From: an uncultured Bacteroidota bacterium
Lineage (GTDB): Bacteria; Bacteroidota; Rhodothermia; Rhodothermales; Rubricoccaceae
Direction: 5' to 3'
Assembly: GCA_963740235.1 (NCBI GenBank)
Contig: CAVUDG010000006.1
Span: 1 to 64,000 of the forward strand
DNA length: 64,000 nt
The notes beneath the pieces were generated by a model. It was not told the DNA's origin. It searched no databases and worked only from the letters and a program-made list of their open reading frames with translations. Below, one piece after another: positions 38,612 through 49,408 of the stretch; position 1 is the stretch's first letter, and each line of letters begins with the position of its first letter. The position numbers and the translations under genes are program-made.

Positions 38612-39960
38612 CTAGCGGAACAGCGGGCGCGCGTCGCGCAGGTCGTACGCGATCCGCAACGTGGCGACCGTCACGCCGCCCGGCCCGACGCCCACCATCC
38701 CGCCCAGCACGACCCGCTCCTTGTCCAGGTTGACCAGCCCCATCCCCAGCGCCAGCGACGGCCGGAGCGCGGCCGACCCGTCCTCGCCCAGGAACGAGCC
38801 CTCCCGGAACGACACCTTGGGCGTGAACTGCTCGAACGCGTTGTCGTAGGCGTTGCCGAGGTAGCCCATCACCAGCACGTCGATCCCGTAGACGCCCAGA
38901 AAGTCGAACACGGGCGCGCGGACGCCGGCCCCGGCCGCGATCACGTCGCGGCCCGTCAGCCGGTCCTGGCGGAAGGCCGTCGCGATGCGGCTGTCGAGCG
39001 TCGGGAGGTAGTAGAACGGGATCGGGTCGTCCTGGCCGTCGCCGTCGGCGTCGCCGCTCCGGGTGAACACGCTGACCGCGCGCAGGATGACGGTCGTGCG
39101 CCCCCGGATGGGGAGGTAGCCGATGGCCGAGGCCGAGTAGCGGGCCAGCGTCAGGTCCGAGGCGTCGAGGGCCACGAACCGGCGGTGCTCGGCGGTCGCG
39201 TACATCCCCCGGCGCGGGTAGCCCGGCCAGTCGCGGAGGTCGGTCGCGACCTGGAGCCCCAGCGAGGCCCCGTAGCGGTCCTGGCCCTGGGCGACCTCGA
39301 CGGCCTGGCGGGACGCGGCGTCGAAGCGCGCCAGCGAGCCCGGCCCGGCCCCGTCGTTGACGCCGCCCGAGTAGTCGTAGAGCAGGCGGACGCTCGGCTG
39401 GACGTAGAGCGCCGTCGTCCCGAGCGGGTAGACCCCGACGCGCGCCTCGGCCTGGGCCGCGTCGTGGAGCAGGTTGACCTCGCTGTCCGGGACCGTGTTC
39501 GGCCCCAGCCCGAAGTACCGCCGCCGGTCCGTCGTCGACCCGCCGACGGTGACGAGCCCGTGGACGACCGACTGGTAGGGGTCGTCGGTGAAGAAGGTGA
39601 CGTCGGCGCTCTGGTAGTTCTGCTGGAGCTTGGCGTCGGCGGTGAGGTCGGTCCCGGTCCACCCGACGTTGCGGACCCCGACGCCGCCGCCGATCCCGAA
39701 CCCCCGGTTCGTCGAGTACAGCGCCGAGGGCGCCAGCCGCGGCCGGACCTGGACGCCCGGGCCGTCGTCGTCGTCGGCGTAGGCCGTGTCCTCGTCGAAC
39801 ACCGACGTGACGGCCTCAACCGTCCCCGCCACGTCGCTCTCGGTTGCGTCCGCCTCGGTGGAGTCTGGGGGACCGGGGCTGGGGTCTGGAACAAGGCGAG
39901 GGCGACGAGGAGCGCGAGCACGGGCACGAGAATGGGGGGCGGCGCCAGTCTACGCGCCCG
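38612..39960 (-). CDS. outer-membrane beta-barrel protein (surface-antigen/Omp85-like C-terminal barrel), one apparent frameshift after the signal peptide
   Basis: ORF 38612..39832 has an alternating amphipathic beta-strand pattern and ends ...[15 protein letters not shown]. Signal peptide [21 protein letters not shown] is in the frame of ORF 39151..41085 at about 39900..39960. Confidence 0.55.
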
Positions 39961-39990
39961 GTATCTTTTCGCTCCACCCCCCCGATCCCA

Positions 39991-41280
39991 GTGACCGTCC
40001 TCGTCGTCGGCAGCGGAGGCCGCGAGCACGCGCTCGTCCGCGCGCTCGCCCGGAGCCCGCGCCGGCCCCACGTGCTGTGCGCCCCCGGCAACACGGGCAC
40101 GGCCCAGGCCGCCGAGAACGTGGCCGTCGCCGCCGACGACCTCGACGGGCTGGTCGCGCTCGCCGCCGAGCGCGCCGTCGACCTGGTGATCGTCGGCCCC
40201 GAGGTCCCCCTGGTCGCCGGCCTGGCCGACCGGCTCGCCGAGGCGGGCGTGGCCGTCGTTGGGCCGACCAAGGCGGCGGCGCGTCTGGAAGGGTCGAAGG
40301 CGTTCGCCAAGGACGCCATGGCACGGTTCGGCGTGCCCACGGCCGCCTCGCGGACGTTCGGGCTCGGGTCGCTCCACGAGGCCCGCGCCTACGTCGAGAG
40401 CCACCCGCTGCCCGTCGTCCTCAAGGCCGACGGGCTGGCGGCCGGCAAGGGCGTCGTGGTCGCCGAGACGCGCGAGGCGGCCGTCGAGGCGCTGGCCGAG
40501 ATGCTCGACCGGGGCGCGTTCGGCAGCGCCGGCTCGACGGTCGTCGTGGAGGCGTTCTTGCAGGGCGAGGAGGCCAGCGTGTTCGTGCTCACCGACGGCG
40601 ACGGCTACGTGCTGCTCCCGGCCGCCCAGGACCACAAGCGGATCGGCGAGGGCGACACGGGCCCCAACACGGGCGGGATGGGCGCCTACGCCCCGGCGCC
40701 GGTCGTGACCGAGGCCGTCCGCGAGCGCGTCGAGGCCGAGGTGGTCCGCCCGATGCTGGACGGGATGCGGGCCGAGGGCCACCCCTACCAGGGCGTCCTG
40801 TACGTCGGGCTGATGATCGACGCCGACGGGGCCCCGTCGGTGATCGAGTTCAACTGCCGGTTCGGCGACCCCGAGGCCCAGGTCCTGCTGCCGCTGCTGG
40901 CCTCGGACCCCCTCGACCTGTTCCAGGCGATCGCCGAAGGCCGCGTCGCCCAGGCGACCGTCGACGTGGACCCAGGCGCCGCGGCGTGCGTCGTGCTGGC
41001 GTCGCACGGCTACCCGGGACCGGTCGAGACCGGCCGCCTGATCTCCGGGCTCGCCCGGGCGGGCCAGCACGCGACCGTCTACCACGCCGGGACCGCGCGC
41101 TCGGCCGAGGGCAACGTGGTCACGGCCGGCGGGCGCGTCCTGGGCGTGACCGGCATGGGCGCCACGCTCCAGGCCGCCCTCGACGCCGCCTACGCCGGGG
41201 CCGACGAGGTCGAGTTCGACGGCAAGACGCTGCGCCGCGACATCGGCCAGAAGGGGCTCCGCCGGCTGTCCGGCTCGTGA
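39991..41280 (+). CDS. purD: phosphoribosylamine--glycine ligase PurD (intact, GTG start)
   Basis: [23 protein letters not shown]...[12 protein letters not shown]...[16 protein letters not shown]...[20 protein letters not shown]...[14 protein letters not shown]. Confidence 0.9.
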   Translation: MTVLVVGSGGREHALVRALARSPRRPHVLCAPGNTGTAQAAENVAVAADDLDGLVALAAERAVDLVIVGPEVPLVAGLADRLAEAGVAVVGPTKAAARLEGSKAFAKDAMARFGVPTAASRTFGLGSLHEARAYVESHPLPVVLKADGLAAGKGVVVAETREAAVEALAEMLDRGAFGSAGSTVVVEAFLQGEEASVFVLTDGDGYVLLPAAQDHKRIGEGDTGPNTGGMGAYAPAPVVTEAVRERVEAEVVRPMLDGMRAEGHPYQGVLYVGLMIDADGAPSVIEFNCRFGDPEAQVLLPLLASDPLDLFQAIAEGRVAQATVDVDPGAAACVVLASHGYPGPVETGRLISGLARAGQHATVYHAGTARSAEGNVVTAGGRVLGVTGMGATLQAALDAAYAGADEVEFDGKTLRRDIGQKGLRRLSGS

Positions 41281-41304
41281 GCGGCCCCCCGGCGGGCTCC
41301 GACC

Positions 41305-41330
41305 CGGCCCGCCTCGGCACCGAGGTGGGG
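41305..41330. repeat. REP-like palindrome after purD
   Basis: cccgcctcggcaccgaggtggg. Confidence 0.65.
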
Positions 41331-42209
41331 AGGCTCGCGCCTCGGCGCTCGGCCGGTCGGGCGCTCGGTCTCGCCGCTCTGCTCGCGGTCGCCGCCTGCG
41401 CCGGCCCCGCGCCGGCCCCCGGGGCCCGGTTCCAGGACGCCCGCGCGCTCGCCGTCACCCCGGATGGGACCGTGTGGGTCGTCGACGCCGACGCCGTGGT
41501 CGCCCTCCGGGGCGGCGTCGTGGTGCGGCGGCTGGGCGGGGTCGGGACCGCCGACGGCGGCTTCCTCGACCCGGTCGACGTGGACCCGACGAACGGGCTG
41601 ACGATCTTCGTGGCCGACCGCGCGGCCGGGGCCGTCCTTCAGTTCACGGCCGAGGGCCGGCTCGTCCGCTCGCTCGCCGTGCCCGACCTCGACCCGGCCC
41701 AGATCGTCCGGCCGTCGGTGGGGGAGGCGGCGCGCCGTCGCGGGACGCCCGTCGCCGTCGCGGCCGGGTCTGGGGGCGTGGTCTACGTCGCCGAGGCCGG
41801 CCGGCGCCAGGTGCTCGCGCTCGACCCCGACGGCGCGGTCCAGCGCGTGGTCGGCGCGGGCGTGCTGAGCGACCCCGTCGACCTCGCCGTCGACGACGAG
41901 ACGCTGTGGGTGGCCGACGCCGGCCGCGGCGGGCTCCAGGCGTTCGACGCGTTCGGCGCGCCGGGCCGGTTCGTCCCCACTCCCGGCCTCGGGCGGCTGG
42001 TGAGCGTGTCGGTCTCGCGCGGCCGGTTCGTGACCGTGGGGGAGGAGGGAGGGTCCGAGCGGAGCGGCGAGGGGGTGGCGACCGTCGTGGCCGCGCCCGG
42101 CCTGCGGGGCGGCGTCTCGGTCGGCGCCGGGACGCTCTACCTGACCCCGACCGGCTTCGCCGGGAGCGCGGCGCCTGAAGTGGGGCTGGGGGCCATCGAC
42201 GTGGATTGA
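41323..42209 (+). CDS. NHL-repeat beta-propeller lipoprotein
   Basis: Lipobox LGLAALLAVAACAG, then repeated GxVxVADxxNxxVxxFD-type blades (VWVVDAD, IFVADRAAGAVLQFTAEGRL, VYVAEAGRRQVLALDPDGA, LWVADAGRGGLQAFDAFG). Confidence 0.7.
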
Positions 42210-42301
42210 ACGCGACCGCGACGCGCGGGTACGTTGGGCGCTCGCCACCCCGGTTCTGCCCGCCCTCCGCTACCTCGTCCGCCGCGTTTCCGTCAGGCCC
42301 G

Positions 42302-45300
42302 ATGAGGTCGTTGTTCGCCGTCCTGCTGCTGGGCGCCCTCGCCTGTGCGGCGGAGGCGCAGACCGTCCGCCGCGACACGTTCGCGCTGGCGGCGGGGCAG
42401 ACCGTCGCCCGGCTGGACGCCCGCCCGATTCCCGGGACCGAGACCGTCGAGGTGTTCCGCGACAGCGCGTTCGTAGCCCTCGCCTCAGGTGACTACACGC
42501 TCGACGGGACGGGCCGCCTGGAACTGACCGCCGCGGCGGACTCCGTCCGGTACCTGGCCGTCGCGTACCGGGCCGCGCCCGTCGTCGGGCCCGTCCGGGC
42601 GCGCGTCCCGTCGGTCGACTCGCTCCGCGCGCTCTACGCCCCCGACACGACGGGCCGGCGGCGCGGGCCGCCCGTCAGCACGCGCCCTCCGCCCTCGATC
42701 CTGACGACGGGCTCCATCACGCGCGGCGTCGTCGCCGGCTCGAACCGCGACGTGTCGGTCACGTCGGCGCTCCGGCTGTCGCTCGAAGGCGAGGTGTCGC
42801 CGGGCGTCGCGCTCCGGGCCGCGCTGACCGACGAGGACACGCCGATCCTGCCCGAGGGGACGACGCGCCAGCTCAGCGACCTCGACCGGGTCTACGTCGA
42901 GGTCGAGAGCGCCGCCGTCCGCGCCCGCCTCGGCGACGTCGACCTGGCGCTCCGGGGGACCGCGTTCGCGCCCCTCGCGCGCCAGGTCCAGGGCGCCGTC
43001 GTCGACGTCAGGGTGCCGGCGGTCGGGGTCGTGCGCGGCGGGCGCGTGCTGGCGTCGGGCTCGGCGACGAGGGGCCGGTTCCGGAGCCAGGACGTGGTCG
43101 CCGTCGAGGGCGTCCAGGGGCCGTACCGGCTGCAGGGCGAGGCCGGCGACGCGTTCGTGATCGTCGTGCCCGGCAGCGAGCGGGTCTACCTCGACGGGCG
43201 CCTGCAGGAGCGCGGCGTCGGCGGCGACTACACGGTCGACTACGGGACCGGCGAGATCACGTTTACGCCCACGCGCTTGATCACGGCCGAGCGCCGGATC
43301 ACGGTCGACTTCGAGTACACCTCGGGCGGGCTGACCCAGACGCTGCTCGCGACCGGCGTCGACCTCGACCTGGGCTCGGCGGCCCGGTCGCGCGCGCGCC
43401 TGGGCGTCCGCGTGTTCCGCCAGGCCGACGCGCTCGGCGGCGTCTCGGACCTGGGCCTGACCGAGGCCGACCTCGACGCGCTCCGCGCCGCCGGCGACGC
43501 CGACGTGTTGGTGCCGGGCGAGCAGCGCGTCCCGTTCGACGCCGAGAGCCCGGTCGTGCTCTACACCCGCCGCGACACGACCGAGGCCGGCCAGCCCGCC
43601 TCGGTCTTCGTGCCGGCGACCCCGGCCGACGCCGAGGTGTTTCGGGTCCGGTTCTCGCGCGTGGCCCCGCTCACCGGGACGTACCGGCGGGCGGGGACGG
43701 CCCGCAACGGGATCCTGTACGAGTACGTCGGGCCCGACCGGGGCGACTTCGTCCCGTTCCGGATCCTGCCCCGGCCGGCGGGCCGCTCGCTCGTCGACGT
43801 CCGGGGCGCGGTCGACGTGGTGGCGGGCGTCGAGGCGTTCGGCGAGTGGGCCCGGTCGGTCGACGACGCCAACACGTTGTCGCCCCTCGGCGACGGCGAC
43901 GACGCGGCCCAGGCGGTCGAGGCCGGGCTCCGGCTGGCGGCCGTCGCGCTCGCCGGCGGTGCCGTCTCGGGCGAGCTGGTCCACCGGAACCGGGCCGACG
44001 CGTTCCGTCCCCTGGATCGGGTTCGGGCCGTCGAGTTCAACCGTCGCTGGAACCTCGCGCGCGCCGGGACCCCGTTCGGCGGGCTCGACACGCTTGGGCG
44101 AGGCCGTGACCGAGGGCGTGCTGCGGTGGGCCCGCGAGGCCGCCGAGCTGGAGGCCCAAGCGGGCCACCTCGACCTGGGCGGCTTCGCGGCCACGCGCGG
44201 CGCGCTGGCGGCCAGGCTGGGCCGTGGCGCTGGGCCGACGCTGGCGGTCGAGGGCTCGCTGACCGATACGGGCGGGGCGGGGACCGTCGCCGACCAGCTG
44301 GGCAGCGGGTCGTTTCGCCGCGCCCTCGTCCAGGGGGCGGTCCCCCTCGGCGCCGTCCGGCCGGGCCTGGCCGTCGAGCACGAGCGGCGCGAGCAGGCCG
44401 GCGGGCTCCGCCAGGACTCGCTGCTGTCGGCGTCGTACGCCTTCTGGGCCGTCCGCCCCGGTCTGGGGGTCGCGCTGGGACGGGCCGAGGGCGAGGCGAC
44501 CGTCGAGTACCGCCGCGAGTCGGAGCCGCTGGGGCCGCTGGGGCAAGAGCTGGTCGGCTCGGCCCAGGCGCTGACGGTCGAGGCGACGGGCCGGATTCGC
44601 GGCGGGCTGTTCCCGACCGAGGGCCGGCTGGCCGTCCGGAGCAAGCGCTACGAGGCCCCGTTCCAGGAGCGGGGCCGCCTGGACGGCGAGTCGGTCGCGC
44701 TCCGGCTGGCCTCGCGGACGTCGCTGGGGGGCGGGGCCCTGGACGGCCGGCTGGTCTACGACGCCCTGACCGAGCGGTCCCCGATCCTGCAGGAGACCTA
44801 CGTCCTTGTCGGGCAGGACCTTGGTGAGTTCGTCTGGCGCGATGGGCAAGGGGAGCCCCGGGCCGGCGAGCCCGACGGCGTCGCCCAGGTCGACGAGTTC
44901 TTCCCCGAGACGACGCCCCTGGAGGGCACCTACCTCCGGACGTTCGTGCCCGGCACCGACCTGGTGCCGACCGTCGGCGTCGGGCTGGGCTTGCGCCTGG
45001 ACGCCCGGCTGGGCCGGCTCGCGGACGGCGACGGTCTCTCCGCCCGCGTCCTGCGCGCCGTCGCGCTCCGGACGACCGTCGACCTCCGCGAGAAGACGCG
45101 CGAGCGCGACGTGCTCCGGGTGCTCGTCCTCGACCCCGGCGTGCTCCAGCAGGCCGGCGCCGGGCCCGAGGCGGGCACGGTCGAGGGCCGCCTCCGCGTC
45201 GAGCAGGAGGTCCGGCTGTTCCCCGACCTGCCCGACCGCGGCGCCCGACTCGTCGGCGACCACGCCCGGTCGACGTCGCGGCTGGCGGCCGGCCTGGAAA

Positions 45301-45843
45301 CCAGACTGGTCCAGGGCGCCCGGGCCGAGGCGTTCGCGCCCCTCGGCGGCGGCCTCGACGCGCGCCTGGCCGTGGTCGGCGGGCGGCGGCAGACGGTCAG
45401 CCAGGCGTTCGCGAGCCGGACCTACGACCTGCGCAGCCTGGGGCTCGAAGGGTCCCTCCGGTGGACGCCGTCGCCGCGCTTGACGGTCGCCGTCTCGCCG
45501 ACCGTCGCCGACCGCGTCGGACGCGCTCGCGGGGCCGGGCCGGCCGACGGGCGCGCTCGTGGCCCGGTTGCCCGCTGAGGTCCGCTGGACGCGGTCGGGC
45601 CGGTTCTCGGCGAGCGCTCGCGCCGAGGTCTCGTCGGTTCGCCTGCGGGGCGACGGGACGGGCGGGCTGGCGCTGTTCGAACTGACCGACGGCCGGGGGC
45701 CGGGCACGTCGGCGCTGTGGGGCGTCGACGCCCAGGTCGGACTGACCGAGCGGCTGCGCGGGTCGGTCGTCTACGACGGGCGCGCGCCGGCCGAGGGGCG
45801 GGTGATCCAGACCGTCCGCGTCCAGGTCTCGGCGTCGCTCTAG
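42302..45843 (+). CDS. very large (~1180 aa) secreted / outer-membrane protein, at least 2 apparent frameshifts
   Basis: Signal peptide MRSLFAVLLLGALACAAEAQ. Continuous in ORF 42206..44827 to about 44100, then in 43959..45578, then 45559..45843 ending ...RVIQTVRVQVSASL*. Beta-rich. No confident family. Confidence 0.55.
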
Positions 45844-46263
45844 CGGGCCGGTGGGCCGGGCTGGCGTCCGGTAACACTGAGGTAACGCCCGTCCGCCATC
45901 TTTGCCGCCTTCGACCCCAGGTGACGGGGCGTTCCCTCGATCCCCCCCTCGGTGACGCTCCGACCGCGTCGGCTCCGCCCGTACCCGTATCCCGACGCGT
46001 CTCTAGCGCGCGTCCGTGTTCGCGTCACCGGCCCTGGCGCGCCCGGCGCCGGACGGAGATCCGGGTCTCCCCACCTCGGGCTCCGGCCGGGAAGGGACCG
46101 TGCCGGACGGGAGGCCGAGCGGAGGGTCGTAGCACGCGCGCCCCTGCGCACACGGCCCCGGAGCGGCCGTAGCCTGTCACGTCCGCCGGCCGCTGTGGAA
46201 GCGCCCGCGTCCCGTCCGCGGTGGCCACGCCGTCTCCTGTCCCGTCCGTCCGCCCGTCTTCCG

Positions 46264-46929
46264 ATGAACCTCTTCAACTTCCTCACCGGCTCGCGCCCAC
46301 CGCTCGTCGAGCAGAGCATGACCGACCTGGGCGTCATGCTCGACACGGCCGACTCGATGTTCGCCGCGGCCACCAACTGCCTGCTCGACAACGAGCCGCT
46401 CCACGTCGACCTCTCGGCCCAGGACGACATCATCAACGAGCGCGAGCAGACCATCCGCCGGTCGGTCCTGGAGCACATCCTGGCCGACCCGCGCGCCGAG
46501 CTGGCGCTGAGCCTGCTCCTGGTCTCGATCGTCCAGGACGCCGAGCGGCTCGGGGACCTGGCCAAGAGCATCTCGAAGGCGTCCGCCCTGGCCGCGGCGC
46601 CCCGGATGGGCCACCACGTCGACGCGCTGCGGGGCATCCGCGACCGCGTCCAGAGCGCGTTCCCGCGCGTCCGCCGGTCGTTCATCGTCGGCGACGCCAA
46701 GGTGGGCCGCGTCGTGATGGACGAGCACGCCCAGACCAAAGTCGACGTGGCCCGCTTCCTCACCGAGCTGTCCCAGGCCGACGACGTGACGTCGAACGAG
46801 GCCGTCGTCCTGGCCGTCTCCGCCCGGATGATCGGGCGGACGTCGTCGCACCTCTCCAACATCGTCTCGGCCGTGGCGCTGCCCTTCGACCAGGTCCGCA
46901 ACGCGCCCAACTGGGCCGACAACGACTAG
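46264..46929 (+). CDS. PhoU-domain phosphate-uptake regulator-like protein
   Basis: MNLFNFLTGSRPPLVEQSMTDLGVMLDTADSMFAAATNCLL... Two PhoU-like helical repeats. Adjacent to a Na/Pi cotransporter. Confidence 0.75.
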   Translation: MNLFNFLTGSRPPLVEQSMTDLGVMLDTADSMFAAATNCLLDNEPLHVDLSAQDDIINEREQTIRRSVLEHILADPRAELALSLLLVSIVQDAERLGDLAKSISKASALAAAPRMGHHVDALRGIRDRVQSAFPRVRRSFIVGDAKVGRVVMDEHAQTKVDVARFLTELSQADDVTSNEAVVLAVSARMIGRTSSHLSNIVSAVALPFDQVRNAPNWADND

Positions 46930-46964
46930 GCCGGCCCCTCCCGCTCACCCGCCCCTCTCGACCC

Positions 46965-46987
46965 CCCGCCCGCCTCGGGCGGGCGCT
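46965..46987. repeat. REP-like palindrome after the phoU-like gene
   Basis: cgcccgcctcgggcgggcg. Confidence 0.65.
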
Positions 46988-46995
46988 CCCCCGAC

Positions 46996-48197
46996 ATGGC
47001 ACACGACCCCGACGACTTCCCGCTCGACGCGGCCACCGGCGCTGATCCCGATCTCGGAGGACGACCTCGACAACGACCCCAACACGCCGCACCACGCAAC
47101 CGCTCTGGGCTCGGCTGCTCGGGCTGTTCTTGACGATGGCCGTGTTCGTCATCGCCCTCGAGCTGATGGGCGACGGGATCAAGGCGATCGGCAAGGGGAG
47201 CTTCGACCTGGAGGGGTTCCTGCGGACGGCGACCGACAGCCCGCTGCTGGGGCTCATCACGGGGATCCTGGTCACCAGCCTGGTCCAGTCGTCGTCGACG
47301 ACGACGTCGCTGGTGGTGACGCTGGTGGCGACGGGGACGCTGCCGGTGCCGTCGGCGATCCCGGTCATCATGGGGGCCAACATCGGCACGACGGTGACCA
47401 ACACGATCGTGTCGATGGGCCACATCACGCGGCCCGGCGAGTTCCGGCTGGCCATCGCGGGGGCGACCGTCCACGACTTCTTCAACTGGATGGCCGTGCT
47501 GATCCTGCTGCCGCTGGAGCTCCTGTTCGGCGTGATCTCGACGCCGGCGCTGGCCATCGCCGAGGCGATCCCGGGCGTCGACAGCGGCGGCCTGGGCAAG
47601 ACGCCCGTTCGACCGGCTCGGCGGGCTTCCTGTTCGAGAGCGTGTTCGCCGAGAACGGGTGGGTCACGGCGGCCATCGGGCTGACGCTGCTGTTCATCGC
47701 GCTCCGCTACCTCGTCGTGTTCCTCAAGTCGCTGGTGCTGGGCCGGAGCGAGGGGGCGCTGGACCGCTACGTGTTCGGCAACCCGTTGGTCGCGATGGCC
47801 TTCGGGATGGTGCTGACGTTCATGGTCCAGTCGTCGTCGGTGACGACGAGCCTGGTGATCCCGCTGATCGGGGCCGGCGTGCTGACCGTCCGCAAGGTGT
47901 TCCCGTTCATGCTGGGCGCCAACGTCGGGACGACGGCGACGGGGATGTTCGCGGCGGCCATCGCCATCTCGAGCGGCGAGCCGGCGGCCGTCGCCGGGCG
48001 TCGAGATCGCGCTGTGCCACACGCTGTTCAACGTGTTCGGCATCCTGCTGATCTACCCGATCCCGTTCGTCCGCGAGGTCCCGGTCCGGATGGCCGAGTT
48101 CGTGGGCGAGCTGGCGTTCAAGAACCGGCTCTACGCCGTGGCCTACGTCGCGGGCCTGTTCTACGTGTTGCCGGTCATACTGGAGTTGATCTTCTAG
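46996..48197 (+). pseudogene. Na+/phosphate cotransporter (NptA / Na_Pi_cotrans family), at least 3 apparent frameshifts
   Basis: LGLFLTMAVFVIALELMGDGIKA...LGLITGILVTSLVQSSSTTTSLVVTLVATG...MGANIGTTVTNTIV (ORF 47130). Second repeat MVQSSSVTTSLVIPLIGAG...MLGANVGTTATGMF (ORF 47642). Tail VEIALCHTLFNVFGILLIYPIPFVREVPVRMAEFVGEL...ILELIF* is in a third frame. Confidence 0.75.
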
Positions 48198-48344
48198 GGG
48201 TTCAGGGTGGCGGCGGTCGGACCACGCCGGCGAGACCTGGCGCCGGCGCCCGCTCCGGCCACGAGGTCTGTCGGGAGCCTCCATCTCGGCTGAGTACCGA
48301 TCTTGGAGGGCGCGGACCCTGACCCCCGAACCCGGAACCCGACC

Positions 48345-49264
48345 ATGCGCCTCGTCCTGCTCCTCGTCCTGGCCGCCTCGGCGTGCGCCCAGACCGCCGC
48401 CAAACCCGACGCCGACGCCGTGGCCGACGGCCGCGAGCGCCGGGCCGACTCGGTGATCACGCGGCCGGGCCCGACCGGCCGAGCCGGGCGAGCCGGGCGA
48501 GCCGGCCCGCGCGGTCGACCGAGGCGGGCCCGGTCCGGGTCGACTCGGTCGTGGTCCCGGTCGGCGACCTCGCCGTGACGGTCCGGCGCCACGTCGCCGC
48601 GGGGCCTAGCGGTGGGCCCGCGCGTTCTGGGCCGTCAACCTCCACGACGACGAGGGGACGTCGGTCGAGGCCGCGCTCGACGTCCTGGCCGACGACCGGC
48701 GGGACGGTCGTCGAGCTGGTCCACTCGGGCGACCGGAACCTGCGGTTCGCGGTGGGCGGCCAGACGGTGGGGGCCGACCCCAACCGGATCTTTACCGCCG
48801 CCGGTCTCGCGCGGACCATGGAGGCGCTCTCGGACGGGGCCCCGTCGGCCGCCGGCCGCGGCGCGGTCGAGGCCCTGGCCCAGCACGTCCTGACCCGGAC
48901 CGGGCTCGACCAGGCGGACGTGGTCGTGACGCTCCACAACAACACCGAGGCCAACTACTCGGCGGCGTCGTACCAGCCCGGCGCCCAGTACGCCGGCGAC
49001 GCCGCCGCCGTCACGGTCCGCCCCGGCTCCGACGCCGACGACTTCTTTTTCGTCACCGACCGGGCGCTCTACGACGCGCTGGTGGCGCGCGGCTTCAACG
49101 CGGTCTTGCAGGACAACGCCGCCGCGACCGACGACGGGTCGCTCTCGGTCTGGGCGGCCCAGAACGGGCGTCCCTACGTCAACGTAGAGGCCCAGCACGG
49201 GCACCGGGCCGAGCAGCAGGCGATGATCCGGGCGTTGGTCGAGGTGCTCGCCGGGCGGCGCTAG
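48345..49264 (+). CDS. hypothetical lipoprotein (possible zinc amidase/carboxypeptidase-like fold), apparent frameshifts near a 9-bp tandem repeat
   Basis: MRLVLLLVLAASACAQ lipobox. Body FWAVNLHDDEGTSVEAALDVLADD / VVELVHSGDRNLRFAVGGQTVGADPNRIFT...VVVTLHNNTEANY...VNVEAQHGHRAEQQAMIRALVEVL spans three frames between about 48480 and 48720. Confidence 0.45.
48472..48507 (+). repeat. 9-bp tandem repeat (GAGCCGGGC) x about 3.5 inside the lipoprotein gene
   Basis: ggccgagccgggcgagccgggcgagccggcc. Coincides with a frame change in the gene. Confidence 0.6.
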
Positions 49265-49275
49265 CGGGGCGGGTC

Positions 49276-49301
49276 GGCCCGCCTCGGCGCCGAGGCGGGC
49301 C
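49276..49301. repeat. REP-like perfect palindrome after the lipoprotein gene
   Basis: cccgcctcggcgccgaggcggg. Confidence 0.75.
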
Positions 49302-49408
49302 GTGGGGTCGCCGCGGTCCGGGAGGCCGGGGGACCTCGCAGACGGCGCGGTTTCCCCGGACCCGGCGTGGGGGGACGCCGTAAGAGACGACCCACGCATC
49401 GACCCGAC

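Noticed and set aside
46180-46215. Enteric-type Pho box (CTGTCAC...GCTGTGG) upstream of phoU.
   Set aside because: The second half-site is not at the required 11-bp phasing and is poorly matched. The GGTRAC repeats further upstream are a better candidate.
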